Origin: Bacillales bacterium UBA5729
Lineage (GTDB): Bacteria > Bacillota_I > Bacilli_A > Izemoplasmatales > Hujiaoplasmataceae
Assembly (NCBI GenBank): GCA_002419505.1
Contig: DIGF01000033.1
Location: 12,564-76,563, forward strand
DNA: 64,000 nucleotides
Direction of reading: 5' to 3'
The translations under genes were made by a program, and so were the position numbers. Shown here piece after piece: positions 9,738 to 18,579 of this stretch (positions are counted from its first letter, which is position 1; each line of letters begins with the position of its first letter). The notes below the pieces were generated by a model, which saw only the letters and a list, made by a program, of their open reading frames with translations, made no database searches and had not been told where the DNA came from.

Positions 9738-11240
9738 ATGGTTAATTTAATTTTTCTAGCGGATCAATCCTGGAGTACAGAACCTTGGGAGGTAGTAGTT
9801 GCAATTTTAGTAATATTGCTTACCTTGGTATGTTTATTTTTCCTTTACCGCAATGTTATTTTTAATTTTAAGAAGAATCGTCTTGAAAAAGAAAAAATGC
9901 AAGAAGATTTTAAAAAACAAGATGAAAATGGCATAGATAAAGTTAACGGTGACAATATCTCAAAGCATCCTTTATTGGCTGAAATAAACAAAGACATATC
10001 AGAGATTAAAGAGGGTGAATTAAGATTATTTTTTGCAATTAATATTGATAATTTTCGCTATATAGTTGATAGTTATGAACAAAAAGATATTGATAAAATT
10101 ATTGTTGAATATCTGAAGAGACTCAAAAAGTATGGCGACAAATATTCGATTGCTGGCCATTATGAAAAAGATATGTTCATTTACTATTACAAAGGTGAAA
10201 TTGACAATGACAAAATGAATTTTATTGCTAAGGATTTGCTTGGATTAATTGCTCAACCGTTAAAACTAGGTAATCATGAACTCACTGCTTCAATTGGAGT
10301 TTGTCTTTTCCCTTATGACGGCATTACCGCTGAAAACCTACTCAAAGATGCAGAAATTGCTGTTTACGTAGCAAAAAAAGAAGGAAAAAATCGCTTTTGC
10401 ATGTATTCAGAAAACTTAATCGAAAAAGAGCAGTTTAATATTGATTATTATAAACAAATAAAGAAATCAATTGAAAACGACGAATTTCTTTTGTATTATC
10501 AACCAATCGTTGATATTAGAACTGGAAAAATCATTGGTTTAGAATCACTACTTAGATGGCAACATCCAACTATGGGAATTCTTTCGCCGGGAAAATTCTT
10601 GAATGTCATGGATTTAACCGGAGATATTACTTGGTTTGGTATTTGGGGTTTTGAAAAAGTAGCTGAACAATATAATACTTGGAAAAAAAGTATTAAATTA
10701 GGGGACTTCTTTATTTCGATAAATCTTGGTCCAAAACAACTGTTTGTAGAAGGTTTAGCAAGACAATTTTTCGAGATTACTGGAAAGCAAGGTTTAAGTC
10801 CAGAAAACTTCTGTTTAGAAATTTTAGATTATTATGTAATTACCAACAATGATATTGCTCAACACAACTTAAAAGAATTTAGACGCTACGGGTTCCGTTT
10901 GGCGATTGACGATACTGGACCTGATTTTGCGGTGGCTAATGACATGAGCAAAATCAGTGCATCTATCTTTAAACTGTCTCGAGGTAATCTTTTACTAATC
11001 AATAGCGACGATGACGATGTAGCTAAAATCGAAAGAGTTATCCAAGCCGCTAAAGCTAATCAAAAGATAGTTATTGCTGAAGGGGTTGAGGATGAAAATA
11101 TGATTAGAATTCTTAATAAATGGGATATACGCTTTATGCAAGGATATTATTTCTCCGAACCGGTATCGGTAGAAGAAGCACAAAGAATGATGCATAAATC
11201 TCCATGGAATATGAGTTCATTCAACCATTTAGTAAAGTAA
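9738..11240 (+). CDS. single-TM protein with degenerate GGDEF-like domain and partly degenerate EAL domain (candidate c-di-GMP receptor or weak PDE)
   Basis: GAGGTG RBS ahead of the ATG. N-terminal TM: VVVAILVILLTLVCLFFLY. The GGDEF position reads GHYEKDMF (10155-10178). The EAL position reads ESL (10542-10550) followed by LRW. DDTGPDF replaces DDFGTG, and KLSRGN replaces K-x-D. EGVED and QGYYFSEP are retained. Confidence 0.8.
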   Translation: MVNLIFLADQSWSTEPWEVVVAILVILLTLVCLFFLYRNVIFNFKKNRLEKEKMQEDFKKQDENGIDKVNGDNISKHPLLAEINKDISEIKEGELRLFFAINIDNFRYIVDSYEQKDIDKIIVEYLKRLKKYGDKYSIAGHYEKDMFIYYYKGEIDNDKMNFIAKDLLGLIAQPLKLGNHELTASIGVCLFPYDGITAENLLKDAEIAVYVAKKEGKNRFCMYSENLIEKEQFNIDYYKQIKKSIENDEFLLYYQPIVDIRTGKIIGLESLLRWQHPTMGILSPGKFLNVMDLTGDITWFGIWGFEKVAEQYNTWKKSIKLGDFFISINLGPKQLFVEGLARQFFEITGKQGLSPENFCLEILDYYVITNNDIAQHNLKEFRRYGFRLAIDDTGPDFAVANDMSKISASIFKLSRGNLLLINSDDDDVAKIERVIQAAKANQKIVIAEGVEDENMIRILNKWDIRFMQGYYFSEPVSVEEAQRMMHKSPWNMSSFNHLVK

Positions 11241-11268
11241 AGGAACGATTAAATCGTTCCTTTTTTTT
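11239..11268 (+). terminator. intrinsic terminator after the second GGDEF-EAL gene; the hairpin overlaps the 3' end of convergent glxK
   Basis: aaggaacgatt / aatcgttcctt stem followed by T8 (11261-11268). The glxK stop codon (11249-11251, minus strand) lies inside the hairpin. Confidence 0.8.
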
Positions 11269-12391
11269 GCCTTATATCTTTAAATATCGCTTTTGTTTCC
11301 GTTTTTAAAAGTTGATAAGCATTAGCTTTTTGCATGGCTTCTTCAAGATTAGCATCATGAGTAATAATTGAATATAAAGAATTAATGCCGATATCTTCTA
11401 AATTAAGATTTTGTTCCACTATTCCACCAATAGCAATAACGGGTAGATGATACTTTTTGGCTAACAAACCTATTCCTGATAAAACCTTACCCATCTTGGT
11501 TTGAGAATCAATTTTGCCTTCTCCAGTAATAACCATATCGACATCTTTTAACTCTTCTTTAATCTTGAGAAGTTCAAAAATTATTTCAATACCAGGCTTT
11601 AAATCAGCTGAGAAGAAACAGGAGAATGCATACCCTAAACCGCCTGCTGCACCTGCGCCCTTAAGGCTATGAAAATCAATATTCAAAGTTTTGTTTACAA
11701 GTTTATGAAATTTTTTTAATCCTTGATCTAATTGTTTAACCTCAATTTGATTAGCACCTTTTTGCGGGGCAAAGATATAAGCGGCACCATTTTTACCGAA
11801 CAGCGGATTATTAACATCACAAGCGATTAGAAATTTAGCAGTTTGAATTCGCTTATCAAAACCATCCAAATCAATGTGATTAATAAGTTTTAAAGATTCT
11901 CCGATTGGTTTTAAAAGATTGTTGTTATCATCATAAAATCTTGCGCCTAAAGCATTAAGCATACCGATGCCTGCATCATTAGTTGCACTGCCGCCAATGC
12001 CGATAATGAATTTTTTTAAACCTTTGTTTAATGCGTCATTAATGATTTCCCCGACACCATATGTGCTGGTAAAAAGTGGATTTCTTTCGCTTTTTTCAAT
12101 TAGCGTTAAACCGCTGGAAATTGCCATTTCTACAATAGCTGTATTTGTATTAATAATCCCATAATAAACTTCAATATCACGCATCAAAGGATCTTTAACA
12201 GTTAAAAAAACTCTTCTCCCATTTAAGGTATCAACTAAAGTATTTACGGTTCCTTCCCCGCCATCAGCGACGGGTCTTTTGATACATTCAATTTCTTTAT
12301 TGATTTCTTTTATGCCCGCTTCAACCGCATCACAAGCTTCACTTGCCGAAAGCGAACCTTTAAAAGAATCCATAGCAATCAATACTTTCAT
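11249..12391 (-). CDS. glxK: glycerate kinase
   Basis: The N-terminus MKVLIAMDSFKGSLSASEACDA is a typical glycerate kinase family start. GGAGGT lies 8 nt upstream of this ATG, so the 6-codon upstream extension in the ORF track (to 12409) is unlikely. An internal GIGGSATNDAG motif is present. Confidence 0.9.
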   Translation of the reverse strand: MKVLIAMDSFKGSLSASEACDAVEAGIKEINKEIECIKRPVADGGEGTVNTLVDTLNGRRVFLTVKDPLMRDIEVYYGIINTNTAIVEMAISSGLTLIEKSERNPLFTSTYGVGEIINDALNKGLKKFIIGIGGSATNDAGIGMLNALGARFYDDNNNLLKPIGESLKLINHIDLDGFDKRIQTAKFLIACDVNNPLFGKNGAAYIFAPQKGANQIEVKQLDQGLKKFHKLVNKTLNIDFHSLKGAGAAGGLGYAFSCFFSADLKPGIEIIFELLKIKEELKDVDMVITGEGKIDSQTKMGKVLSGIGLLAKKYHLPVIAIGGIVEQNLNLEDIGINSLYSIITHDANLEEAMQKANAYQLLKTETKAIFKDIRQKKGTI

Positions 12392-12411
12392 TTTATACTC
12401 AACCTCCAAGT

Positions 12412-12447
12412 TTAAAAAAAAGAAAAAGGCTTAAGTGATAAGCCTTT
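12412..12447 (-). terminator. intrinsic terminator of the TetR gene (minus strand)
   Basis: On the minus strand: aaaggctta-tcact-taagccttt followed by a T-rich run (plus-strand A-run 12411-12424). The hairpin overlaps the TetR stop codon. Confidence 0.7.
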
Positions 12448-13060
12448 AGTTGTTATTAAAAAACAAACCTGCTTGAAGCAACTTCATGCTTTCGTCAACC
12501 ACAAAATCAATATCAGCCTCAACAGCGTCATCCTTAAAAACCATTTGTAATCCAACGAAATTGGATATACCCATAAGAATGTAAGCGACGGTTTCCAAGT
12601 CGATATCATTTCTTATTTCACCGCTTTTAACATATGGCTCTAGATGTTTTATGTAACTTAAAGCGAAACTTTGATAATAATCCTTAAAAATTTCTGGGTC
12701 GACAAACAAAGATTCCCAAATCAATTTATAAGCTAGCGGATCTTTTTTTACATACATAATAAAAGCTTTCAAGCCCGCTCTTTCCATATCATATCGTGAT
12801 TTCAAGCCAAAAGTCGCTTCATTAGCTGATCTACGGATATTATGTCGATATTCATCTAGCAGATAAAGGTATAAATCTAACTTGCTGTCGAAGTAGATGT
12901 AAAAAGTTCCGGCAGCGACTTTAGCTTTAGAAATAATATCATTGATGGAAGTAGAATTAAATCCAGCTTTTCCATAAAGAAATTTACCAGCTTTAATTAT
13001 TTTTTTAAAAGATTTTAAGCCTACTTTGGTTTTTGGTAGACGATATTCGCATTTTTTCAT
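12446..13060 (-). CDS. TetR/AcrR-family transcriptional regulator (FadR/YsiA-like by context)
   Basis: N-terminal HTH region GFNSTSINDIISKAKVAAGTFYIYFDSKLDLY is typical of TetR_N. The gene is divergent from a thiolase-led operon. Confidence 0.85.
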   Translation of the reverse strand: MKKCEYRLPKTKVGLKSFKKIIKAGKFLYGKAGFNSTSINDIISKAKVAAGTFYIYFDSKLDLYLYLLDEYRHNIRRSANEATFGLKSRYDMERAGLKAFIMYVKKDPLAYKLIWESLFVDPEIFKDYYQSFALSYIKHLEPYVKSGEIRNDIDLETVAYILMGISNFVGLQMVFKDDAVEADIDFVVDESMKLLQAGLFFNNN

Positions 13061-13075
13061 TTTATCACCGATTAC

Positions 13076-13104
13076 ATTGTAAATTAAAGATTGATAAAAT
13101 TCAA
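13076..13104 (-). promoter_or_regulatory. candidate sigma-A promoter for the TetR gene
   Basis: The minus strand reads TTGAAT (13104-13099), a 17-nt spacer, then TACAAT (13081-13076). Confidence 0.45.
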
Positions 13105-13125
13105 GTACATTTGAGAAAAAACTTA

Positions 13126-13142
13126 TATGAATAAACTTTCAT
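13126..13142. promoter_or_regulatory. candidate TetR operator, copy 1 (tatgaataaactttcat)
   Basis: A 16-nt core is the exact reverse complement of 13316-13331. It has an internal TGAA-N6-TTCA pseudo-palindrome. Confidence 0.5.
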
Positions 13143-13273
13143 TAATTTTATACAAAAAACACAAATTAAATTTTTTAGCCAAACAACGCCATATTCCAAT
13201 AAAAAAATATACAACCGCTACCTTTGGCACCTGAAAACGCTTTTTCATTTTTTGATAAAAATAGTGAAAGCGC

Positions 13274-13303
13274 TTGACAATTAGTTGAAAAAATGATTAT
13301 AAT
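13274..13303 (+). promoter_or_regulatory. sigma-A promoter of the thiolase/liv operon
   Basis: TTGACA (13274-13279), an 18-nt spacer, then TATAAT (13298-13303). AGGAGG RBS at 13351-13356. Confidence 0.7.
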
Positions 13304-13315
13304 ATCAATGAAATG

Positions 13316-13331
13316 TGAAAGTTTATTCATA
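13316..13331. promoter_or_regulatory. candidate TetR operator, copy 2 (tgaaagtttattcata), just downstream of the -10 box
   Basis: Exact inverted copy of the 13127-13142 core. It is positioned about +6 to +21 relative to the predicted TSS. Confidence 0.5.
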
Positions 13332-13364
13332 TTTATAAGAGATTAAATATAGGAGGTAAGTCTT

Positions 13365-14573
13365 ATGAGTAAAAGAATTTTTATTGTCGGAGCTAAAAGA
13401 AGTCCTATCGGAGCATTCATGGGAGCGTTGAAAGATGTTCACGCGGCTGATATGGGATCTCAAGTATTAAAAACGTTACTAGAAGAAACAAAAGTACCTG
13501 TTGAAAAAATTGATGAAGTTATCGTTGGTAATATCTTGCCAGCAAACCTAGGACAAGGAATTGCTAGGCAAATATCTATCAAAGCCGGAATTCCTGATTC
13601 AGTTCCAGCCTATTCTTTAAATATGGCTTGTGGTAGTGGAATGAAAGCGATTATGAACGCTTTTAGTAGCATTAAAGCGAATCATACTCACCTTGTTGTT
13701 GCTGGAGGAGTAGAATCAATGTCAGGAGCACCTTACATGATTCCGGCCAGTGTTAGAAGCGGAAAAAAGATGGGCAACTTTGAAGTGGTTGATCATATGG
13801 TCTATGACGCTTTAACCGATGCATTTGGCAATATGCATATGGGTATTACCGCTGAAAATATTGTTACAAAACATAATATCAGTAGAGAAGAACAAGATAA
13901 ATTTGCTTATGAATCACAACAAAAAGCAATTCAAGCAGTTGATTCAGGCAGATTTAAAGCTGAAATTGTACCGATAGTAATCAAGGGAAGAAAAGGAGAC
14001 ACGATTTTTGAGGACGATGAATATCCTAATCGGACAACAACTCCGGAAATTTTAGCGAAACTTAGGCCAGCTTTTATTAAAGACGGTTCTGTTACTGCTG
14101 GAAACGCTTCAGGCATCAATGATGGAGCTTCATTTACAATTATAGCTAGTGAAGAAGCGGTAGAAAAATACAATCTTGAAGTTCTTGCGGAAGTAGTGGC
14201 TGTAGGTCAAGGTGGTGTTGATCCAAACTATATGGGATTAGGTCCTGTCGTTGCAGTTAGAAATCTGCTTAACAATTACAATATGAAAATCGATGATATC
14301 GAGTTAATCGAACTAAATGAAGCGTTCGCAGCGCAATCAATCGGCGTTGTTAAAGAAATAGCACAAGAACAAAATGTAAGTGAACAATCAATTTACGAAA
14401 AAACTAATGTTAACGGTGGAGCAATTGCTCTAGGTCACCCAGTAGGAGCTTCAGGAAACAGGATTGTCGTAACTTTATTGCATGAGATGATTAAGAGAGA
14501 TTTACATCTTGGTTTAGCAAGCTTATGTATCGGTGGCGGTATGGGTACTGCAGTAGTTATAAAAAGAAAGTGA
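13365..14573 (+). CDS. acetyl-CoA C-acetyltransferase (thiolase II)
   Basis: Motifs NMACGSGMKAI (active-site Cys), GNASGINDGA, NVNGGAIALGHPVGASG and CIGGGMG. Confidence 0.92.
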   Translation: MSKRIFIVGAKRSPIGAFMGALKDVHAADMGSQVLKTLLEETKVPVEKIDEVIVGNILPANLGQGIARQISIKAGIPDSVPAYSLNMACGSGMKAIMNAFSSIKANHTHLVVAGGVESMSGAPYMIPASVRSGKKMGNFEVVDHMVYDALTDAFGNMHMGITAENIVTKHNISREEQDKFAYESQQKAIQAVDSGRFKAEIVPIVIKGRKGDTIFEDDEYPNRTTTPEILAKLRPAFIKDGSVTAGNASGINDGASFTIIASEEAVEKYNLEVLAEVVAVGQGGVDPNYMGLGPVVAVRNLLNNYNMKIDDIELIELNEAFAAQSIGVVKEIAQEQNVSEQSIYEKTNVNGGAIALGHPVGASGNRIVVTLLHEMIKRDLHLGLASLCIGGGMGTAVVIKRK

Positions 14574-14583
14574 GGAAAGAAAG

Positions 14584-15303
14584 ATGAAATTAAGAAATAA
14601 AGTAGCGGTTGTAACTGGAGGCGCAAAAGGAATCGGCGCAGAAATCGCAAAAGAATTTGCAAAAGAAGGTGCATTAGTTATCGCAGTTGATATGGGCGAA
14701 ATGACTTATGAACAAGAAAATGTACATTTTTATAAATTAAATATTACTGATGTAGAAGGCTGCAAAGTTTTCTTTGATGAAATAATCGCAAAATATGGCA
14801 AGATTGATATTCTTGTAAACAACGCCGGAATTACTAGAGATTCAATGACAAGAAAAATGACTGATGAAATGTGGGACGCAGTTATTAATGTGAATTTAAA
14901 AGGAGTCTTTAACTTGGTAAGACATATCGGCCCACAAATGGAAACTAATAACGGCGGTTCAATAATTAACATATCTTCAGTTGTTGGCGTCTTTGGCAAT
15001 ATTGGCCAAGCTAACTACGCGGCAACCAAAGCAGGAGTTATTGGCTTGACAAAAACTTGGGCAAAAGAGTTCGCAAGAAAAGGTGCACCAGTTAGAGTTA
15101 ATGCTATCGCTCCAGGTTATGTCATGACTGATATTTTAAAAACCGTACCACAAGAATTGCTAGATCAATTTGCGCAAATGACGATGTTAAAACGCCTTGG
15201 ACAACCAGAAGAAATCGCTAAAGTAGCGCTTTTCCTAGCAAGCGATGACGCATCATATATTACTGGACAAACAATTCAAGCCGATGGTGGCATGAGACTA
15301 TAA
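14584..15303 (+). CDS. short-chain dehydrogenase, 3-oxoacyl-(ACP/CoA) reductase FabG/PhaB-like
   Basis: VVTGGAKGIG Rossmann motif, NNAGITRD, and S..(13)..YAATKAG catalytic motif. Confidence 0.88.
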   Translation: MKLRNKVAVVTGGAKGIGAEIAKEFAKEGALVIAVDMGEMTYEQENVHFYKLNITDVEGCKVFFDEIIAKYGKIDILVNNAGITRDSMTRKMTDEMWDAVINVNLKGVFNLVRHIGPQMETNNGGSIINISSVVGVFGNIGQANYAATKAGVIGLTKTWAKEFARKGAPVRVNAIAPGYVMTDILKTVPQELLDQFAQMTMLKRLGQPEEIAKVALFLASDDASYITGQTIQADGGMRL

Positions 15304-15332
15304 CAAAACTTTAATTAGAAAGACGTGATCAT

Positions 15333-16358
15333 ATGAGTAAACCAACTGTTGGTATTGTTGGGACTGGTATTTACCTACCAGAAAATTTCATGACCGCCAA
15401 AGAGATTAGTGAAAAAACCAAGGGAATTTGGGCTGAGGAAGCGGTTAAAGAGAAATTAGGAATTGTTAAAAAAACTATTCCTGATGAAGATGATGGCACT
15501 CAAGAAATGGGAGTAAAAGCCGCACTTGATGCTTTAAAAAACACAGGAATTAATCCTTTGGACATTGACGTAATCATCTGTGTTGGAGAAGAATGGAAAG
15601 AATATCCATTGACAACTTCTGCACTTTATATTCAAGATAAAATCGGCGCTACCAATGCCTGGGGCATTGATGTAGCTAACCGCTGTTGCACAACAGTTTC
15701 AGCAATGAAGATGGCTAAGGATATGTTGATAGCTGATGACGAGACTAATATCATCATGGTAGTCGGCGGTTACCGTAACGGAGATTTCGTTGATTATTCT
15801 GATAAAGATATGTCAATGATGTATAATCTTGGAGCTGGTGGTGGAGCAATTATTTTAAAGAAAAATTACAATAAAAACTTACTTCTAGGTTCACATATTA
15901 TCGCAGATGGTTCTTTAGCGAGAACCGCAGGAGTAGAGTTTGGTGGAACAGCTAAACCAATCACTTGTGAAAATCTAGAAGTAGCTAAGAAATCTTTACG
16001 TTTACTAGAACCAAAAAAAATGAAGGACAGACTTAACGAAGTCTCAATGCCTAACTGGTTTGAATGTATTGATAAAGCCTTAGAAAAAAGCGAACTAAAA
16101 AGAAAAGATATCGATTATTTGGCAATTCTTCATATTAAAAGATCTGGTCATCAATATATGCTTGATGAACTAGGGTTAAGTGAAGATCAAACAATCTATC
16201 TAGAAAACTACGGACACATCGGACAAGTTGATCAAATCTTATCTTTGCATAAAGGTCTAGAAACCAAAAAGATTAAAGACGGATCAGTTGTTTGTATGAT
16301 AGCTGCAGGAATAGGATATGTTTGGGCTGCGAATATCATAAAGTGGGGTGAAGTATAA
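15333..16358 (+). CDS. KAS III (FabH)-like condensing enzyme, atypical
   Basis: Thiolase-fold/FabH-like layout with Cys in DVANRCCTTVSAM and His in RSGHQYMLDELGL. The position of the FabH Asn (YGNTS) reads YGHIG. Confidence 0.7.
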   Translation: MSKPTVGIVGTGIYLPENFMTAKEISEKTKGIWAEEAVKEKLGIVKKTIPDEDDGTQEMGVKAALDALKNTGINPLDIDVIICVGEEWKEYPLTTSALYIQDKIGATNAWGIDVANRCCTTVSAMKMAKDMLIADDETNIIMVVGGYRNGDFVDYSDKDMSMMYNLGAGGGAIILKKNYNKNLLLGSHIIADGSLARTAGVEFGGTAKPITCENLEVAKKSLRLLEPKKMKDRLNEVSMPNWFECIDKALEKSELKRKDIDYLAILHIKRSGHQYMLDELGLSEDQTIYLENYGHIGQVDQILSLHKGLETKKIKDGSVVCMIAAGIGYVWAANIIKWGEV

Positions 16359-17491
16359 TGTTTGATACTACTGGTTTCTGGCGCGATATTATTCTCTCAG
16401 TCGGAATCTTATTTATTATTTATACATTACTTAAAATCTTTGTTTTCAAACGTTTTAAGAATAAAGACAGGGCGAAAGAAGTAGGACTAAATATTGCTTT
16501 AGTATTAGGTATAATGTATTTATTCTTACGCATCTATATTTTAATCGACTTTAACCTACCTGACGTTATCCCTGCGGGAAACTTCATGTTATCCAATATT
16601 TTAAACCAAACATTACAAGTTTCGGTATTAGCTTTAGCAACCACGGGAATTGTCTTAATATTTAAGACTTCAACCACAACCAACTTCGCACAAGGAATTA
16701 TCGCGACCTTTGGGGCTTTCGTCGCAGCTAAGTTAATCCAAAACTTCACATTAAATTACACTGAAATGTCTGTTACTACAGCTGTAGTATTATCAATGAT
16801 AGCGGCCGCAATCACCGCTTTTATCATCGGTATTTTCGTTGACTCGGTAATTATTAGAAACTCTAAAGATAAAACGCCGGTCGGAAAACAGATGATAACC
16901 ATGGGATTGGTTTTAGTTCTATCAGGAGCTATGCCTTTGATATTTGGTAAAATCTTACTGCCAATTCCGAAATTATCATATGCACCTAATATTCAATTTA
17001 CTTTCTTAGGTGCTAATCTTTCCATCACTGTACATGCTTTTTATGCACTGATTATCACTGTAGTTCTTTTAACAATATTGTTTACTGCGTTAAGATTTAC
17101 TAAATGGGGATTAGGAGTAAGAGCTACAGCTTCTAACGAATTAGTAGCGAGCATGATGGGAGTAAACACTAAAATCATCACCGCAATGAGTTGGGCTATA
17201 GCCGGATTTTTAGGTGCGGTAGCGGCGGTGTTATTGACACCTAACGCAACTAATGTATCCGTAGGTTTAATGACTCCGACACAGGTTAACGCCTTTATGG
17301 CCGCAATCTTAGGTAGTTTTTCATCCTTCTTAGGCCCATTAGTCGCAACTGTATTGATCCCAGTACTAACGGGATTATTAAGTTTAGTAGTGCCACTATG
17401 GCAAAACGCCGTAGTATATTTAATCATTCTAGCAATCGTATTGGTTAAACCAATGGGATTATTTGGAAAGAAAGTCGCAAAGAAGGTGTAG
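16358..17491 (+). CDS. livH: branched-chain amino acid ABC permease LivH with an ~80-aa, 2-TM N-terminal extension
   Basis: The core starts near LNQTLQVSVLALATTGIVLIFKTSTTTNFAQG (the typical LivH ..NFAxG start). The ATG overlaps the preceding TAA by 1 nt. Confidence 0.85.
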   Translation: MFDTTGFWRDIILSVGILFIIYTLLKIFVFKRFKNKDRAKEVGLNIALVLGIMYLFLRIYILIDFNLPDVIPAGNFMLSNILNQTLQVSVLALATTGIVLIFKTSTTTNFAQGIIATFGAFVAAKLIQNFTLNYTEMSVTTAVVLSMIAAAITAFIIGIFVDSVIIRNSKDKTPVGKQMITMGLVLVLSGAMPLIFGKILLPIPKLSYAPNIQFTFLGANLSITVHAFYALIITVVLLTILFTALRFTKWGLGVRATASNELVASMMGVNTKIITAMSWAIAGFLGAVAAVLLTPNATNVSVGLMTPTQVNAFMAAILGSFSSFLGPLVATVLIPVLTGLLSLVVPLWQNAVVYLIILAIVLVKPMGLFGKKVAKKV

Positions 17492-17496
17492 AAGAG

Positions 17497-18579
17497 ATGA
17501 TTTGTAAAAATGAAGTCTGTAACGACAGAAAAGCAAAAATCCATCAAATAACGCACCATCCATATTTCGGCTTCTTTATCATCACCTTCCTGATGTTAAT
17601 GGTTCAATTATTAAGAGTAATTGGTGTACCGATTTCCATAACGCTTCTAAGAGCTTTTGGAATAACGATGATTTATATTATTGTTGCCCTTGGCTTTAGT
17701 ATCTTGCTAGGCTATGCTGGACTAGCATCCTTAGGAACAGCTGGTTTTGTTGGAATCGGAACTTACCTCTTGGGATATTTTACAAAAAATTTCGGATTAT
17801 CGATTTTCTTAGTAATTGTGATTTCGATACTCGGTGCGATAGTGATTGGGGGAATCGTCGGATTTATTTCCTTAAGGATTGAAGGTATGTACCTGGCGAT
17901 TATTACCTTGGGATTATCTGAAATCTTAAATGAAGTTTTCAAAAACGCCGTCAGCATTACCAATGGAACAAATGGATTAGGATTAAACGGAATTTTAGTC
18001 ATCTTTAAAAATCCAGTAGTAGTCAATCATAATACGATATTTATTGCGACTGCGATTATTATGTTTTTTATGATGGTTCTAACTTTAAATATTATTAAAA
18101 GTCCGACTGGTAGAGCCTTTCTAGCAATGCGAAATTCAACTTCAGCTGCTCAAGCAATGGGGATTAGCATTTTAAAATATCGCTTATTAGCTTTTGTTGT
18201 CTCAACGGTATACGCAATGTTAGCCGGAGTCATCTATATGTCTTATATTTCTTTTTCTATTCCTACTACTTGGTCACTGGCTTTCTCATTAAATATTCTA
18301 GCTGCGGTTATCGTGGGAGGATCACAATCCATCTACGGAATCGTTTTGGGAACATTTATGATATTTGGTCTAAACTTAGGCGTTTTACAACAATTTTCTT
18401 TCTTCCAAAACAACCCTGCAATTTCAGTAGTGTTCAATGGATTATTAATTATCTTAGTAATTATGTTCTATCCTGGCGGACTGATTAGATTGGTTAATAC
18501 AACTTATCATAAACTGAAGAAAATTGTTTTGAAATTAATGACGAAATGGAGGGTTTATAGGTATGGTTCCGATAATTAA
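17497..18579 (+). CDS. livM: branched-chain amino acid ABC permease LivM
   Basis: Polytopic membrane protein with GYAGLASLGTAGFVGIGTY and GGSQSIYG motifs, located next to livH and livG. Confidence 0.85.
   Translation: MICKNEVCNDRKAKIHQITHHPYFGFFIITFLMLMVQLLRVIGVPISITLLRAFGITMIYIIVALGFSILLGYAGLASLGTAGFVGIGTYLLGYFTKNFGLSIFLVIVISILGAIVIGGIVGFISLRIEGMYLAIITLGLSEILNEVFKNAVSITNGTNGLGLNGILVIFKNPVVVNHNTIFIATAIIMFFMMVLTLNIIKSPTGRAFLAMRNSTSAAQAMGISILKYRLLAFVVSTVYAMLAGVIYMSYISFSIPTTWSLAFSLNILAAVIVGGSQSIYGIVLGTFMIFGLNLGVLQQFSFFQNNPAISVVFNGLLIILVIMFYPGGLIRLVNTTYHKLKKIVLKLMTKWRVYRYGSDN

Noticed and set aside
17041-17559. 172-aa antisense ORF inside livH/livM. The same applies to the other antisense ORFs in the track, e.g. 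1891-2097, 13931-14173, 14435-14674, 53089-53376, 60021-60389 and 62059-62388.
   Set aside because: Each lies fully opposite a CDS with strong family motifs and has no RBS or promoter that I can see. Their composition is what the reverse strand of AT-rich coding DNA gives by chance.
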